Origin: Enoplolaimus lenunculus
Taxonomy: Eukaryota
DNA length: 64,000 nt
Reading direction: 5' to 3'
Assembly (NCBI GenBank): GCA_030248215.1
Contig: JASANG010000440.1
Coordinates: forward strand, 1 to 64,000
The notes below the pieces were generated by a model. The model did no database searches, was not told the origin of the DNA, and worked only from the letters and a program-made list of their open reading frames with translations. Shown here piece by piece: positions 52,036-64,000 of the stretch (its first letter is position 1; every line of letters starts with the position of its first letter). The translations under genes were made by a program, and so were the position numbers.

Positions 52036-52957
52036 GGTTGCGCTATACCTACTGTTTGGGCGGCGCCGTCTGGTTCCGGACGCCGCCGTCTGGTTTTGGA
52101 CGACGCCGTCTGGTTCCGGACAACAGCGTCTTATTCCGGACGACGCCGTCTGGTTCCAGACGACGCCGTCTGGTTCCAGACGACGCCGTCTGGTTACAGA
52201 CGACGCCGTCTGGTTACAGACGACGCCGTCTGGTTACAGACGACGCCGTCTGGTTACAGACGACGCCGTCTGGTTACAGACGACGCCGTCTGGTTACAGA
52301 CGACGCCGTCTGGTTACAGACGACGCCGTCTGGTTACAGACGACGCCGTCTGGTTACAGACGACGCCGTCTGGTTACAGACGACGCCGTCTGGTTACAGA
52401 CGACGCCGTCTGGTTACAGACGACGCCGTCTGGTTACAGACGACGCCGTCTGGTTACAGACGACGCCGTCTGGTTACAGACGACGCCGTCGGGTTACAGA
52501 CGACGCCGTCTGGTAACAGACGACGCCGTCTGGTTACAGACGACGCCGTCTGGTTACAGACGACGCCGTCTGGTTACAGACGACGCCGTCTAGTTACAGA
52601 CGACGCCGTCTGGTTACAGACGACGCCGTCTGGTTACAGACGACGCCGTCTGGTTACAGACGACGCCGTCTGGTTACAGACGACGCCGTCTGGCTACAGA
52701 CGACGCCGTCTGGTTACAGACGACGCCGTCTGGTTACAGACGACGCCGTCTGGTTACAGACGACGCCGTCTGGTTACAGACGACGCCGTCTGGTTACAGA
52801 CGACGCCGTCTGGTTACAGACGACGCCGTCTGGCTCCGGACGACGCCGCACTTCAAAAAAATTGTCGTATACATATTGATATCTCGTGTCATGCGTCAAT
52901 AAACGACGTGCGTTGTGGTATGGTGCCGGACGTCTCATCAAAAGTATAGCGCCAACC
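52036..52957. mobile_element. Harbinger-like MITE expanded by an internal minisatellite
   Basis: Ends ggttgcgctatacct / catcaaaagtatagcgccaacc resemble the TIRs of 23993-24154. No clean TSD. Confidence 0.6.
52061..52849. repeat. 20-bp minisatellite (CGACGCCGTCTGGTTACAGA) x ~39
   Basis: Directly visible; homogeneous centre, with ttccgga/ctccgga variants at both edges. Confidence 0.98.
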
Positions 52958-52968
52958 TAAGGTGGGGC

Positions 52969-53071
52969 GACCCATGTATAGAACAGGGCCGGAACAGTAG
53001 TATAAGCATATTCCTAAGCCTAAGTAAGCCCCGCTCCGGAAAACGATCCGGTCCTGTTCTATACATGGCCC
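52969..53071. mobile_element. Merlin-like MITE family T1 (short copy)
   Basis: gacccatgtatagaacagggccgga / tccggtcctgttctatacatggccc; TSD ggtggggc/ggtgggcc; internal cctaagcctaag. Confidence 0.8.
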
Positions 53072-53787
53072 GGTGGGCCTATACCATTTGATGATTTCAG
53101 CGCCGTCCAGCATCGTAATTGAATTGCCGGACGACACCGCAGACTAGCGCCACCACTACTGATAGCTCTCCATGGTGTGTGTGTTTAGTTAGTAATCTTA
53201 GTTTTACCGTTAGCACCGGAGCACTTTGGTAAAATGCAGATTGCCAAGAATGAATGCGTACACCAGGTGACTTTTGAGGGGGTAAACAACTGAACTTGGG
53301 TCTGAAGTAGATTCTGTCCCAATGAAGTTTTACCGCCGTGCAAAGTTTTTTCGAGGAGTTTAACCAATGCTTCAAAAGCTGCATGGGAATGGTTAAGCAG
53401 TATACCGATTGCAGGATTCGATGAAGGGCCACTTGGCCTGGGCGCCCCAACAGGGATCAAAGCAAAGATTCTGTATTATGGTTTAGCACATCTTAAACGG
53501 CGTTTAGCTTCTTGCTCGCTTGTTTTCCGTTATAATATCTTGCGCCGGATCAACCGTTACGAAATTTGTGAATCCGCCACTGTATCAACTTGTGGGCCAA
53601 CCAAAAGAAAATCCTACGGCCGTCTTTGTTGTAAAATCGTTAATTTTGAGGTTTACTTTGATCCCGGCGCCGGATGTCAATATTTGCCGGAACCGGAATC
53701 CGGACGCAATTACTACATATTTTTGAATGAGAGAAATACATACGTACTTATATGCGTGCTATTGGTATTTGAGATTACGGGGTCTAG

Positions 53788-56700
53788 GTAAAACTATTGA
53801 TCTTGTACGGAAGTGTGGGACGGATGGCACCGGAAGTACCGGTCTGGTGACACGTTTACGTCGCCATGAGTTTCCAGCGTCGACAATAAGCCAACAACAG
53901 CTGGAAAGCCGAGATGGATCGTCTGATTTGCAATCGGATGATAGTGACGCTTGGGCGAAAGCTGAATTTAGGCGTAGGTTTTAAGCTAAAAACTGTGGTG
54001 CGTGTTGTTCCTAAATTCTACTCTGCCATAAACGTCCCTCGGCTTGTGGGCCCATTTGCTGAACTGGAATAAATAATGAAATAGTCTTAGGTTTAGTCTT
54101 AGGCGAATGCTTATCCTTTGTATTAATATAAGCAGATACGTAGTAAGCGAACGGAAGCTGTTGCGTTCGTCTTTAGTTTGGTTGAAACTATGTGCACAAG
54201 TATCGAACGATTTGGATAATAAATTTGGCGCATGTTACTTTAAGGGGCGTAAGAGTAGGTTTAGATTCTAGATTACATTTTTTGTTTAGGCTTAGGTTTA
54301 GGCTTAGGAATGCATTTTTGCAAGGCTTAGGCTTAGGCTTAGGAATACGCTTAGTCTACTGTTACACCCCTTAAAGTAACATTGGCGATAAATTTTATAG
54401 GTGCATGATGTGTCTGTATAATTTGTACGTACCGAGCAGGGTGCAACCGGAATTACAATTTACCGGAACCAGAGCCAAAAGGTCAAAAAATACCGGAACT
54501 GGAATTCCAGTTGTACCCTGGTATTTCGCAACGTTGCAGAGAAACAAGCAGTCGAATGAAACTTGCTTGCCTTGTGAAGTGTTTAACTTTCTATAAATCG
54601 TTTTTAATTGGACAGTAACATGCGTCAAAGTGTATATTAAATTAAATCAAAGACGCATATTTCGCTCTGTATACGTGTATTTTCTAGTCTTTATAGCAGG
54701 GTTGTTTTTTTGCGGAAAAAATTATGACCGGAAAAAATGATTTTTTTTTCCATTTGTTTCCGGCCAACAATCCTGGTTTATATATGTGTCGAGAACAACT
54801 GTGGTTTTTTCAGTTTACAAACTACTGTTAAGTTTTGAATCCAAATTTATCGGACGAGATATCCACAGCAATGAATACCTGTATTGTGGTAGTAAATGAT
54901 GTCTGATAAATAAAAATTCGCGGTTATTTTATAAATTTTTGTAGTTACGCAATAATTATGAGCAGATATTCTGAAAGAAACACAAAACAACTAAATAACT
55001 GACCGACTTGTCGTGACCGACCTCAATAGTCTCGTCTCGGATTTTAGCCGATTCCGCCCAGTCCGGTCGCTCAGGAATGAGGGCACCAGCATACAATTTG
55101 CTCGGTCTGTGACACCAAATATGTTGGTTAATTCTTGGAAATTTCACCACTGTTTTTGCTATGAAATTTCGTTTGGCATACAACTGTGTTAATATGCATT
55201 TTATGATTTGTTTGACAGATAAATCTGAAGTAGCAATTTCAATGCCGCGACGCGTTGTCAATAAAGCCGAACCAAGTGGAACAGGAGGAACAAATCCCGG
55301 TGTCGCAGTGGCTTCGACGCAATCCGGCGGAAGTACTTCGGTAACGTTTATGGATACAACAACTGGAACCTCGTCAACGGCTATTAAAAGAAGGGTAAGT
55401 CGTAATGTATCCGTTTCAAAATCTTACATACGTACTTCCTTATGTCACATCCCGTAGAAATTGACTATACTTCGTAATTTTAGGACCATATTTATGGTTA
55501 ATGTCCACATCGGGATGGCACCGTCTTTTTGGATTCGGTTTTTTAATTAGGTGAAATCGCCGTATGACTTTTCAGAGCTCGAAATTTTGTAGTTCTTTCC
55601 GACATGTGGCTCTAACATAATCTCTCTGGATCTTTTATTCAAGTTCCCTAATATCATGCGTACGCTCAGAGGTGTAAGTAGGTAAAGATTTTCATACCCT
55701 CGCTCCCCGCAGAAATTTTTTTACCCGCGGATATACCCGCGCAAAATTCCTTTACCCACTACCCACCTTACGCGCCCTTATTTTTTTCGTACGCGTTCAA
55801 TACAATTGTGTAATTTTTCAGTGTATAGATGTTAGTCACTCATTTACGTTACAAAAAACTTTTTGTCGGATACTTTGAAAACAAACTTAATATTGCACAC
55901 TACACCTATCACCGGTAAAACTAGGTTGTTTTCCGATGTGTGATCATGATCAGTGACTCAAAACGTTCTTGTCTGTACAAATTCATTGTAGTTAGGAACG
56001 TATAATCACTCATTTCTTTCTCGTTTCGTCGAAATTTGTCTTAAGATGTCATTCCAAAAAAATATACATATTGTTCCAAACCGTAGAAAAATATAACCTA
56101 TATAAAACAGCGAAGAATGTCTCCAAATGCTATATGATAAGCTGTACTCCATTCTGTTGAAATGTATGTGAAATTATTCTCGCGTGCATGGGCCAAATTC
56201 AGCCAGAACTATAATCTTAGCAGCCTGCTTGGTTTATGAGGAATTCCAGCTATGTACGTTAAATCGCTGTTTGTTGTTTTTATGCAAATTATAGGCGGGT
56301 AAAGAATCACAAATTTTTACCGGCGCTTTGAAATTGTTTACACGCGGGTATACCCGCGTCAAAATTTTTTTACCCGTACCCGCGTTACCCGCGGGTGGCG
56401 TGCAGCTCTGTGTACGCTACAGTGTAGTTTTGCTGTGGTTTGTAGCTGAGGAAACTCTCTTCAGTCTGTCAATGACCTTAGGATGTTCCTCCCCGTTTGA
56501 GCATTTTTGGCTGTAAAATTTTAACTTTTTTGGACGTCAAATACACGTTTTTTGTATATTTTGTACTAAAATGTAGGGTATACGCATACAAAATTGTGTT
56601 CACATGTTATACACGACCAATTAGGCATGGTTAAATGTGATTTTTTACGAAAAAAAATTTTGTCTGCGAAAATTACATCCATCAATGAAAACGTCGAAAA

Positions 56701-59700
56701 GTTGGGATTGTGATTCCGATTAAACTTGCAATCGGAATCGGACTGGAGTTGAAATCGGAATCGGAATCCCGGCTGCGACTTGGGTGTACGTGGTATGATA
56801 TTGTGATATTGTGGTCGTTGCATTAATTTATTATAGTTTCGAAAACGTAAATGCCGCAGGTCGCGATGCAACTCAGACGCAGCGTTGGTTGCATGTCCCA
56901 GTGTGACTTCGGGTCAAGTATTGTCGCACACTGGGAGTCAGTGGGCCGTACCTACACGACGGACCGTTCCTGCGTCTGGGAGACCGTCGCAACCGGGTTT
57001 GCCTTGTTGCTTAGCAACAGCGACAACCCTGGCAACATCGATCGTTGCAACAACAGCACAAGATTGCTCAAAATTCGGAGACTTAACAATTTCTCTGGGT
57101 GGCCACTGTGGGAAGATGCAAACGCTGGGATATGATGAATTGGTAGGCCAGAATGAATGCAAACCTTTGAGTGGATTAAAGAGTTTAGGGGATCCGGCGT
57201 TTTTGACTGGTACATTTGGACCGTTCGAAACTCTGTATACCAGCTCACAGCGGCGGGCTAACCGACATACTGCGCTATCTGGTTCAGCGAGTATTCCAAT
57301 GAGGTCCCAATTAGCTGAGGCAGTTTCTGAACATTACTGTACCGTTCGGGGTGCAGAAAAGTTGGGCATAGGGGAGTCGTTACTGTCGCCGTCCTCTTTC
57401 GAAACTAGGACGAGTAATAATAGCGATAATAATAATAATAATAATTGTTCGACTACAACTTATACATCTGGGGGTACGTTGACACGACGGTCTAAACCGG
57501 GTCAAATTTCGGGAATTCTTCCTGAACGGACGAAATCAAAGTCTGGTGGGACTCAGGCAGCATTCGCGTCCGGTTTGCCGCGGTTGTCTCGAGTAGGGTC
57601 CGGGCACAGGCTAAGAGCGGTGCGTCGGGACAGGAGGTCAGCGTCGAGTGCGGACGAAGAAAAAGGGCTGGCTTGCTGTGTTGACGGTGGGGAAGAACTT
57701 GTTCTGGGTGGTAGTGAGGGTGGCCTTGACGGCGGAACGCCGCGTGGGCAACTGATTACTGAAGAAGGTACTAGTCATACGGCGCGCTTGGGTGGGTGTC
57801 GTATGGAGGTGAGTTGTTTGGTGTTTGTTTTGGTCTGAAACCTGTGACAATATTCTCAAATGTATGTAGGACCTATCACAAGTTGGCCAGAAGTCCAGTG
57901 AATTTCGACCCCACCAATGGAAAGCTCCAACCCGTAGCACATTTTTCGCACTCGAGTGGTCTCACTTGTGAGCCGAGTTTCACATTTGAAGCTGATTCTG
58001 TTACTAACTGGTGATAGGTTCGACACACAGTTGAGAGTTCGGCTGATAGCAGAACGCTTGTTCATAGTTAACTTGAAAGGTTCATATTAGTTATAGTTGT
58101 AACTGTTGGTTTCCACGCATAAAGTATTCGGTTGTACTTGCGCGTCTGTACATTCCGTTCTGGCAGAAAATGGTGTCCAGCTCCAAGTATTTACACAGTC
58201 AATGTATTGCGTCTGCATTCTATGCATTAGGTTTAGGACAAAAATTAGGACACATTATGCCAAGTAATACCAAATTGAAAAGTCACACTTGAGGTGCGTG
58301 AAGCATAAATTGAACAGGAACACTACCGTATTACAATATGCACTGAGTATCCGGTTCCGGTTTTTGGTGTATGGTGGCATCCTTTTATTTATATTATATC
58401 CATCTATTTATATCTTTTTATATATATATCTTTATGTGTAATTGTATACCATTAATTTTAGGCTGAAAGCAGTGATGGCTGTTGTAATGTTGCAACTAAA
58501 AGTGGAGCTATAATCGGTTCTGATATACATTCCGGTTCCGGTGCCACTGACAAGTCTTTCTGCTATCCGGTTGCCACATCGGTAGGTACCCCGAGGCCAG
58601 GCAACACAATATCGACAGTAATGGAAGGAGACTATTTGAGAATGGATCAAAGGTTACTCGGATATGAAACTGTGGAACAAACAAAACGTTCAGTTCAGTC
58701 GTGTGGAAATGACTTGCCGGCAAACGCGTTGGATCAGAGATTAGAATCGGAGTGTGGCGTTGTGGAACTGCCGAGTGATGTGGCGGGTACGAGCCGAGAT
58801 TGCCACGTAGATTTCAATCGAGGTTAGTTTTCAATAGTCATACAGCATTTAAAACTTAACATGTTTATATGGCTACGGTCGTTCAGTGATCAAAAAGTCG
58901 GCAACTGTTAACCATTTCGTTGACATGAATATGTATCTAATATCCGGTTTTAGATTTTTAGGTATCAAGTAGCAGCCTACTTCTGTGTGCACTAAAACCA
59001 TCTGCGAATTTAAATGTCTGAGCAAAATATTGTTTATCGGTATTCCATTTCTGGCTAACTCCGGTTTCGCGTTAAATAGTCATTATCGGCAAGTTATTGA
59101 CATCCGGTCGCCGTCGCATCAGGACTCTACCGCATGTGAAGTGTATATAATTGGTTTTTAGGTAGGAAACTGACTGTTTTCTAGTTTTGGGGTTAAACTC
59201 CCAACTAGAAAGACATTATCTTAGAAATTTCTGTAGAACGTTCCTCTGATGCTAGTGCACACAGTTTGCTGTCCATTTTGCATTTACTTGGGCCTACACA
59301 GTGCATTGCCTCGCAAAGTGTGAAAAGAAAAGTTTTAAAAATTGTTAATTTAAATTGAATTGTTTTAATTTCTTTTTTTAACAGGTTTAACACGGTCACA
59401 GCTACCAGCATCAACTTCGGGGACCACCAGCTCATTGAACTCAATTCTGTCGACCGGAGGCAATAACAACAGTGTCGAGCATTTACTGGTGTCTTTTGGA
59501 ATGGGTCACCCTCAAGTTGAATCTGACAGTTTTACCGATAACATATCGCCTGCGCCTGCCCCTCCCCGCAACGCTCGCCGAAAACGATTGATTAAAAAGA
59601 TGGTTGTTGATGGGTAAGCTCCAAGACCCATATTGTGAGGTGTTTGCAACACCTTAGGTGCCAATTTTCAGAGCGGCAATTGCCAACTTTGGTCAGTTTG

Positions 59701-62700
59701 AAAACCTATCGCTAACTGATGATAGGTGCCATAGGCATTTGGCAATACGGTAATAGGGCCTAACCGGATATCCGTTTACGATAAAAAAACAGTGTTGGTA
59801 GATCCTTGTTATGTTGAAAATGTGCCAATTAGAGATGTGCCGATTAATCGGCATTTGATTTCGGTAATAATCGGCACTTTTTGTGAGTATCGGCAATGGC
59901 ATCGGCACTGCAAGAAATTGCCGATTCTTTGCCGGTACTTTTTGCAAATAACGGTCAGTTGGACTGCTATTTGTTTCACTTCTTGGCGAATATCAGTAGG
60001 TCTGATCAGGTAAACTGTTATCTCTTTTCCGTTTGTGTTTGAAAAGGTTAATTGAAGTGAATCGCTGTCTAAAACTATAACCCGTTATGACTGTTAGGAT
60101 TTAAGTCTTCGCGTTTATAATGATGTAATGATGTATCCTATATGTTCACAATTTTTGGCAGGACCGATGCCGGTGTTCACGACCGATGCCGATTAATCAG
60201 CACATCCCTAGTCGCAGCATATTTAAAAATCTTATAGAGCAATGCGTAAACTAAATTTATACAATGTTCTATTTAGAACTATTAAAATTTAGTATACATT
60301 AATTTGCATACGTCTGTGAAATTATCTAAAATAGTGCCCAAAATACATATTAGGATGTTCTAGCTTTAATTGTAAATTACATTTCTATCTGTCCATCTAT
60401 CTATTCTATTTGCAGAAATCAAACCAATGTGTCAAATGCTGGTAACGGTTTGAACGCCCAGTTATCGACCTCAGTTGTTACAACATCATTAACAACAGCA
60501 ATTGCCGTAGATCCATCAGCTGCTACTACTTGTGAGGATAGTATGGAAATTGATGGTCATATCGCATCGTCAGCTTGTGGCAGCCGATATGGAATAAAAA
60601 ATCAAGAAACAAGTTTCATTGGGTCTCATAAACTTTGGTTCCGATCGTCGCCGCCAGCTAAAGCCGCTGCAACTGCAGGTTGTGCTACACAACTGGCAGT
60701 GAGACAGTTACAAAGCCTCAGGGTAACTCCGGATGCTCACTGGGGCAGTTTACAGATAGCTGGGGCTAAGTCTGGTGAGGGGGGTAACTGCGTGAATAAT
60801 CTGGAATTATCGAAGGCGTGCGGAAATGTGTTGGAGACGGCAGTTATGGGGGTAGGGATGGATGGACATAATCAAGATGATAATCGGATACCGTCTACGA
60901 CAGATTTTGTGGGTAAGAGCAGTGCCGGAGAGATGATATCTCAGCCTAGCGGATCTGCAGAAGGTATGGTATATGAAGGTGTTAAGGAGAAGTACGGGAT
61001 TGATGATATTGCAATTGGAGGTTTTGGAGAACCGAATGGGACAAGGCAGCAATTGCGCGAGTCGTGGTCTACAGACGCTGTCATTGGATTGGAATGTGGT
61101 ACTGACGAGGGCATGGGCCGCGAGACTGGGGTAGATGGCGGTTCAAGCAGCAGTTTGTCGACTTCGGATAGCGGGGACGCAGTGTGTACAGCAGATGAAG
61201 GGTGTCAAGGTAATGTCCCTTCAAAGTATTCGAAAACCCATTTAAATTTTTTATTGCAACCGAATGTTGACGCAACGGATATAAAATTGTGCGCTGTTGC
61301 ACTGTTGATAGCATTTGACCTGTCCGAAAATATAAATGTTTACAGATTTTAAATGAATTGTCGGCTGAGATTTTTATTTCAGGTAGTGTCACTTCTTGAC
61401 TTGTTCCGAAATGCTGTCGCGGCAAATATCGAGTATTTCCTCGTGTGCAGAACAAGTTTCTGATATTTATTCAGTCGATCCGTGGGGGGCGGAAACCTTG
61501 ATTACCTTTCTACCATTGTTGTTTCAGGTGATGATGAACAAAGCGACTGGTATTTTGATCCATCAACTAATTCTATTAGTGTCAGTCATGCGAAAATTCC
61601 GTGGGATTCATTGCGTGGTTCACTCCAACCTGAGACAACAAACGCAATGTCGTGCAACTATTCCTATCGAGATTCAACTTGTTGTACCTCCGGGTCGCCT
61701 ACAAACGATGACTATATGGGTGTTGTACCTATTCAACAAGCGAGTTTTTTACGGCGAAATAATCAACATCTCTCACCCATAGAATCGAACAGTGGCCTAA
61801 CGGAGTTACCGTCGCAGTTAGGATCTGATTGTAATCGAGAACGGTCGGTCAATTTTCAACTGTATCCTGAAATGTATCGTAGTAGCGGGTGTCATATAAA
61901 CGGTGGTTGTGCCCCTATCACGGCAAAGTGTAGAATTTGTGGCAAATTTAAACTAGGTGGTTTGAGGTCGAACCTTGATGGCTCTGGACTGATATCTGTA
62001 TCGGAGTGGGCGAACGGAGGAAATGGTACTAATGTTCCTGGGTCCACAACAGGTGCCACTCATAGCTGGCTCACGCCTGTCACAGCTATGCCTAGTGACC
62101 CCGGCGTCGTGCTTCATACTCCTAGTAACGGATTGCAAAACGCGCAAGATAGATCTTCATTATTTGTAGCAGCACACGGTTGTATCATACCAACAACGCA
62201 TAACAACGCTATTGTGTCAACGTCGTCCTTTGCAACCGCTGCTACTACGCTACAATCGGTGAATTTTCAATCAAACAAACGGCACTTTGTACCGGCAACT
62301 GCACATTATGATTGTTCTGATACCGATATGAGCCAATGTTCGAACCGAAAACGCTGGAGATCGGGAACGCTGAGGCCGCATGGAAAGCGAAAAGGGCATA
62401 ATAAGGTTAGTCAATTTTGAGGGGTCAAGCAATTGGCAAAGTGGATTAATGTGCGTCAATGTCTTATCTCATTTACTACTATTACTACTACAATGTTGAA
62501 GGGATGTGAAATGTTTCAAACTGTGTTTGACGGGACATCCCTTCGCATGGTTTGGCGCATCGTGAGCTGGAGCAAAGTCAGCTCTGTTTAAATGAAAGTT
62601 GGAGTTTTGAATTTGGATAAAGATTTTTGATATTTCGGTTTGTTGGACGTTTGTCAGTGATTTTTGAGTTTGTGGTGCATCGCTGGCAACTGGTAGTAAA

Positions 62701-63780
62701 TTAGTTACTCATACGTAAATGTTTTTAAATTTGGTTTACAGTCTTAGTTGCAGGTTATGATGATTGTTTTTCAGGCAAATTTGGTTTCGTTTGTTACTGC
62801 TTTGAGTAAAAAGATAAATCGATTTCTTGAAGAAATCAATGAGGAAGAGTAAGTTTTTGTTCCTTGAATTTTATTAAAGAAAAAAGTCTTAATTTCGTGA
62901 TTGAATGTGTATGTGTTGATTGTAATTCGTTCTACGTAGATAAACGTGTGATTTATTTTGCTTTTGGCTTCACTCTTGTTGTCAGCCTGAACTTACGCAA
63001 CGTGGAGCATTCCACTTATGTCGGGTAAACAATTAGGATACGAGATTTTGGTTAAAAATATTTTGGCTTACAAGAAATCCTGCCATAAAACCGCTACAAA
63101 CATTTGCTTTCCAGTGTACAGATTCCGAATAAAATGCTAAACTTTAGCGATTTACCAGGGCTTAGGCTCAGGCTTATATTCACGTTTAGTCATCGGGATC
63201 TGTTCTACATATGAGCACTAATTCTTGGAGTTTTGAGGTTGACGACAAAGCTCTGCCAACTCTGAGACTGGGACCTTATCTCTAGTAGGAGACAAGAAGG
63301 CGTAGGATTAGGTTTAGGTATGGGCCTAGGCTTTTAGTGAGCAGACCCTTATAATATAACACGGCACAACCGATTGTTTCAGGCTGGAAGTTAGACATAT
63401 CAAGAAAAAAGAAAAACGGGAGGTGGGTGTTTGAATTTTCAGTTGTACAATAGTATTCAGCGGTTGATTTGCACTGTATTAATCACGTGATTATGTTCGT
63501 TTACAACTTCCTGTACACTGCCATGTCCGCCTTCAGTAGATTGTGATGTATAATAACTAATGGCTGTATAGGTCCTGTAGCCTTTTTGGTTGAAACAACT
63601 GTGATAGTTAACCAACATATTTTGTGTCACCAAAATTTAACTTTGCTAATTGTATTTATTTGTGTCTCTACAATTTGCTTGTTATTGTTGTATTTTAGGT
63701 GCTAAGACTGGCTGCGTTTTATCAGCTGGACGTGCGGTATATTTCTAGTCGCCGAAGATCTCTTGTGTTGATGAAACAAG
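53788..63780 (+). CDS. GPATCH2: GPATCH2/GPATCH2L-like protein, expanded, with an R3H-like module; continues beyond the window
   Basis: Phase-consistent exons 53788-53973, 55219-55394, 56837-57808, 58462-58822, 59385-59613, 60416-61209, 61528-62405, 62775-62848, 63383-63422, 63699-63780. Ordered GPATCH2-like blocks: IKRRFRKRKCRRS; VESDSFTDN...RRKRLIKKMVVD; SSSSLSTSDSGDAVCTADEGCQGDDEQSDWYF...IPW. The G-patch itself is not in the window, and the 5' end is uncertain. Confidence 0.8.
54227..54387 (+). mobile_element. Merlin-like MITE family T2, intact short copy with TTAGGC repeats
   Basis: ~30-bp TIR catgttactttaaggggcgtaagagtag / ctactgttacaccccttaaagtaacatt; perfect 8-bp TSD ataaattt; ggcttaggcttaggcttagg. 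Confidence 0.88.
55667..56410. mobile_element. hAT-like element with ACCCGC subterminal repeats
   Basis: cagag...ctctg ends; flanks cgtacgct/tgtacgct (7/8). Confidence 0.6.
59830..60210 (-). mobile_element. hAT-like MITE (TAGGGATGTGCCGAT family)
   Basis: tagagatgtgccgatt...aatcagcacatcccta; reverse-complement match to 26229-26639. Confidence 0.8.
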
Positions 63781-64000
63781 GTTAGTCTTAAATGCTTACG
63801 GACGTCTATCAATTTTTTTCTCGTTTGTTTGGAGAATGGACGGTTTCAGTTTTGAAAGCGTAACTTTGCACTTATCAAAGGTTGACGAGGATGTGGTTGC
63901 ATTAGTTCTTATAGACCTGTTTCGTACTCAAGAGTCTAAAAGTTTTTTCGAGCGAGCGAGTTGCGCCTCAGGTAATTATTGTTTCTTGTCTGCAGGTTAT

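Noticed and set aside
52061..52849. CRISPR-like array of palindromic repeats
   Set aside because: Repeats are contiguous with no unique spacers, there are no cas genes, and the context is eukaryotic.
51879..52949. 356-aa ORF with repeated RRRRLVTDDAVWLQTTPSGY
   Set aside because: It is a translation of a stop-free 20-bp minisatellite that cycles through all frames, with no coding evidence.
63915..64000. Next GPATCH2-like exon
   Set aside because: Competing acceptors at 63914 and 63995 would imply a 24-nt intron; this cannot be resolved at the window edge.

Overview
AT-rich eukaryotic genomic DNA, most likely nematode (inferred from GT-AG introns with TTTCAG-type acceptors and many TTAGGC telomere-like hexamers). 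It is not prokaryotic, and most short ORFs in the track are spurious. I hand-spliced four intron-containing genes. Three are on the minus strand: a SEC14/CRAL-TRIO-GOLD lipid-transfer gene (14010-8659, ~426 aa), a Spinster-family MFS transporter with a long Ser-rich tail (35429-27327, ~827 aa) and BLOC1S1 (43797-39836, 132 aa). The fourth is a greatly expanded GPATCH2-like gene with a degenerate R3H-like module on the plus strand, running off the right edge. Introns and intergenic DNA are dense with non-autonomous DNA transposons whose target-site duplications (TSDs) are readable: hAT-like (8 bp), Merlin-like (8 bp, carrying TTAGGC repeats), Tc2/pogo-like (TA), piggyBac-like (TTAA), Harbinger-like (TTA), EnSpm-like (TA) and an unassigned 5-bp-TSD family. 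There are also a decayed LTR+gag retroelement, two LINE remnants, tRNA-derived cassettes and a self-complementary 20-bp minisatellite inside a MITE. Family assignments come from remembered motifs and TIR/TSD rules, not database searches.
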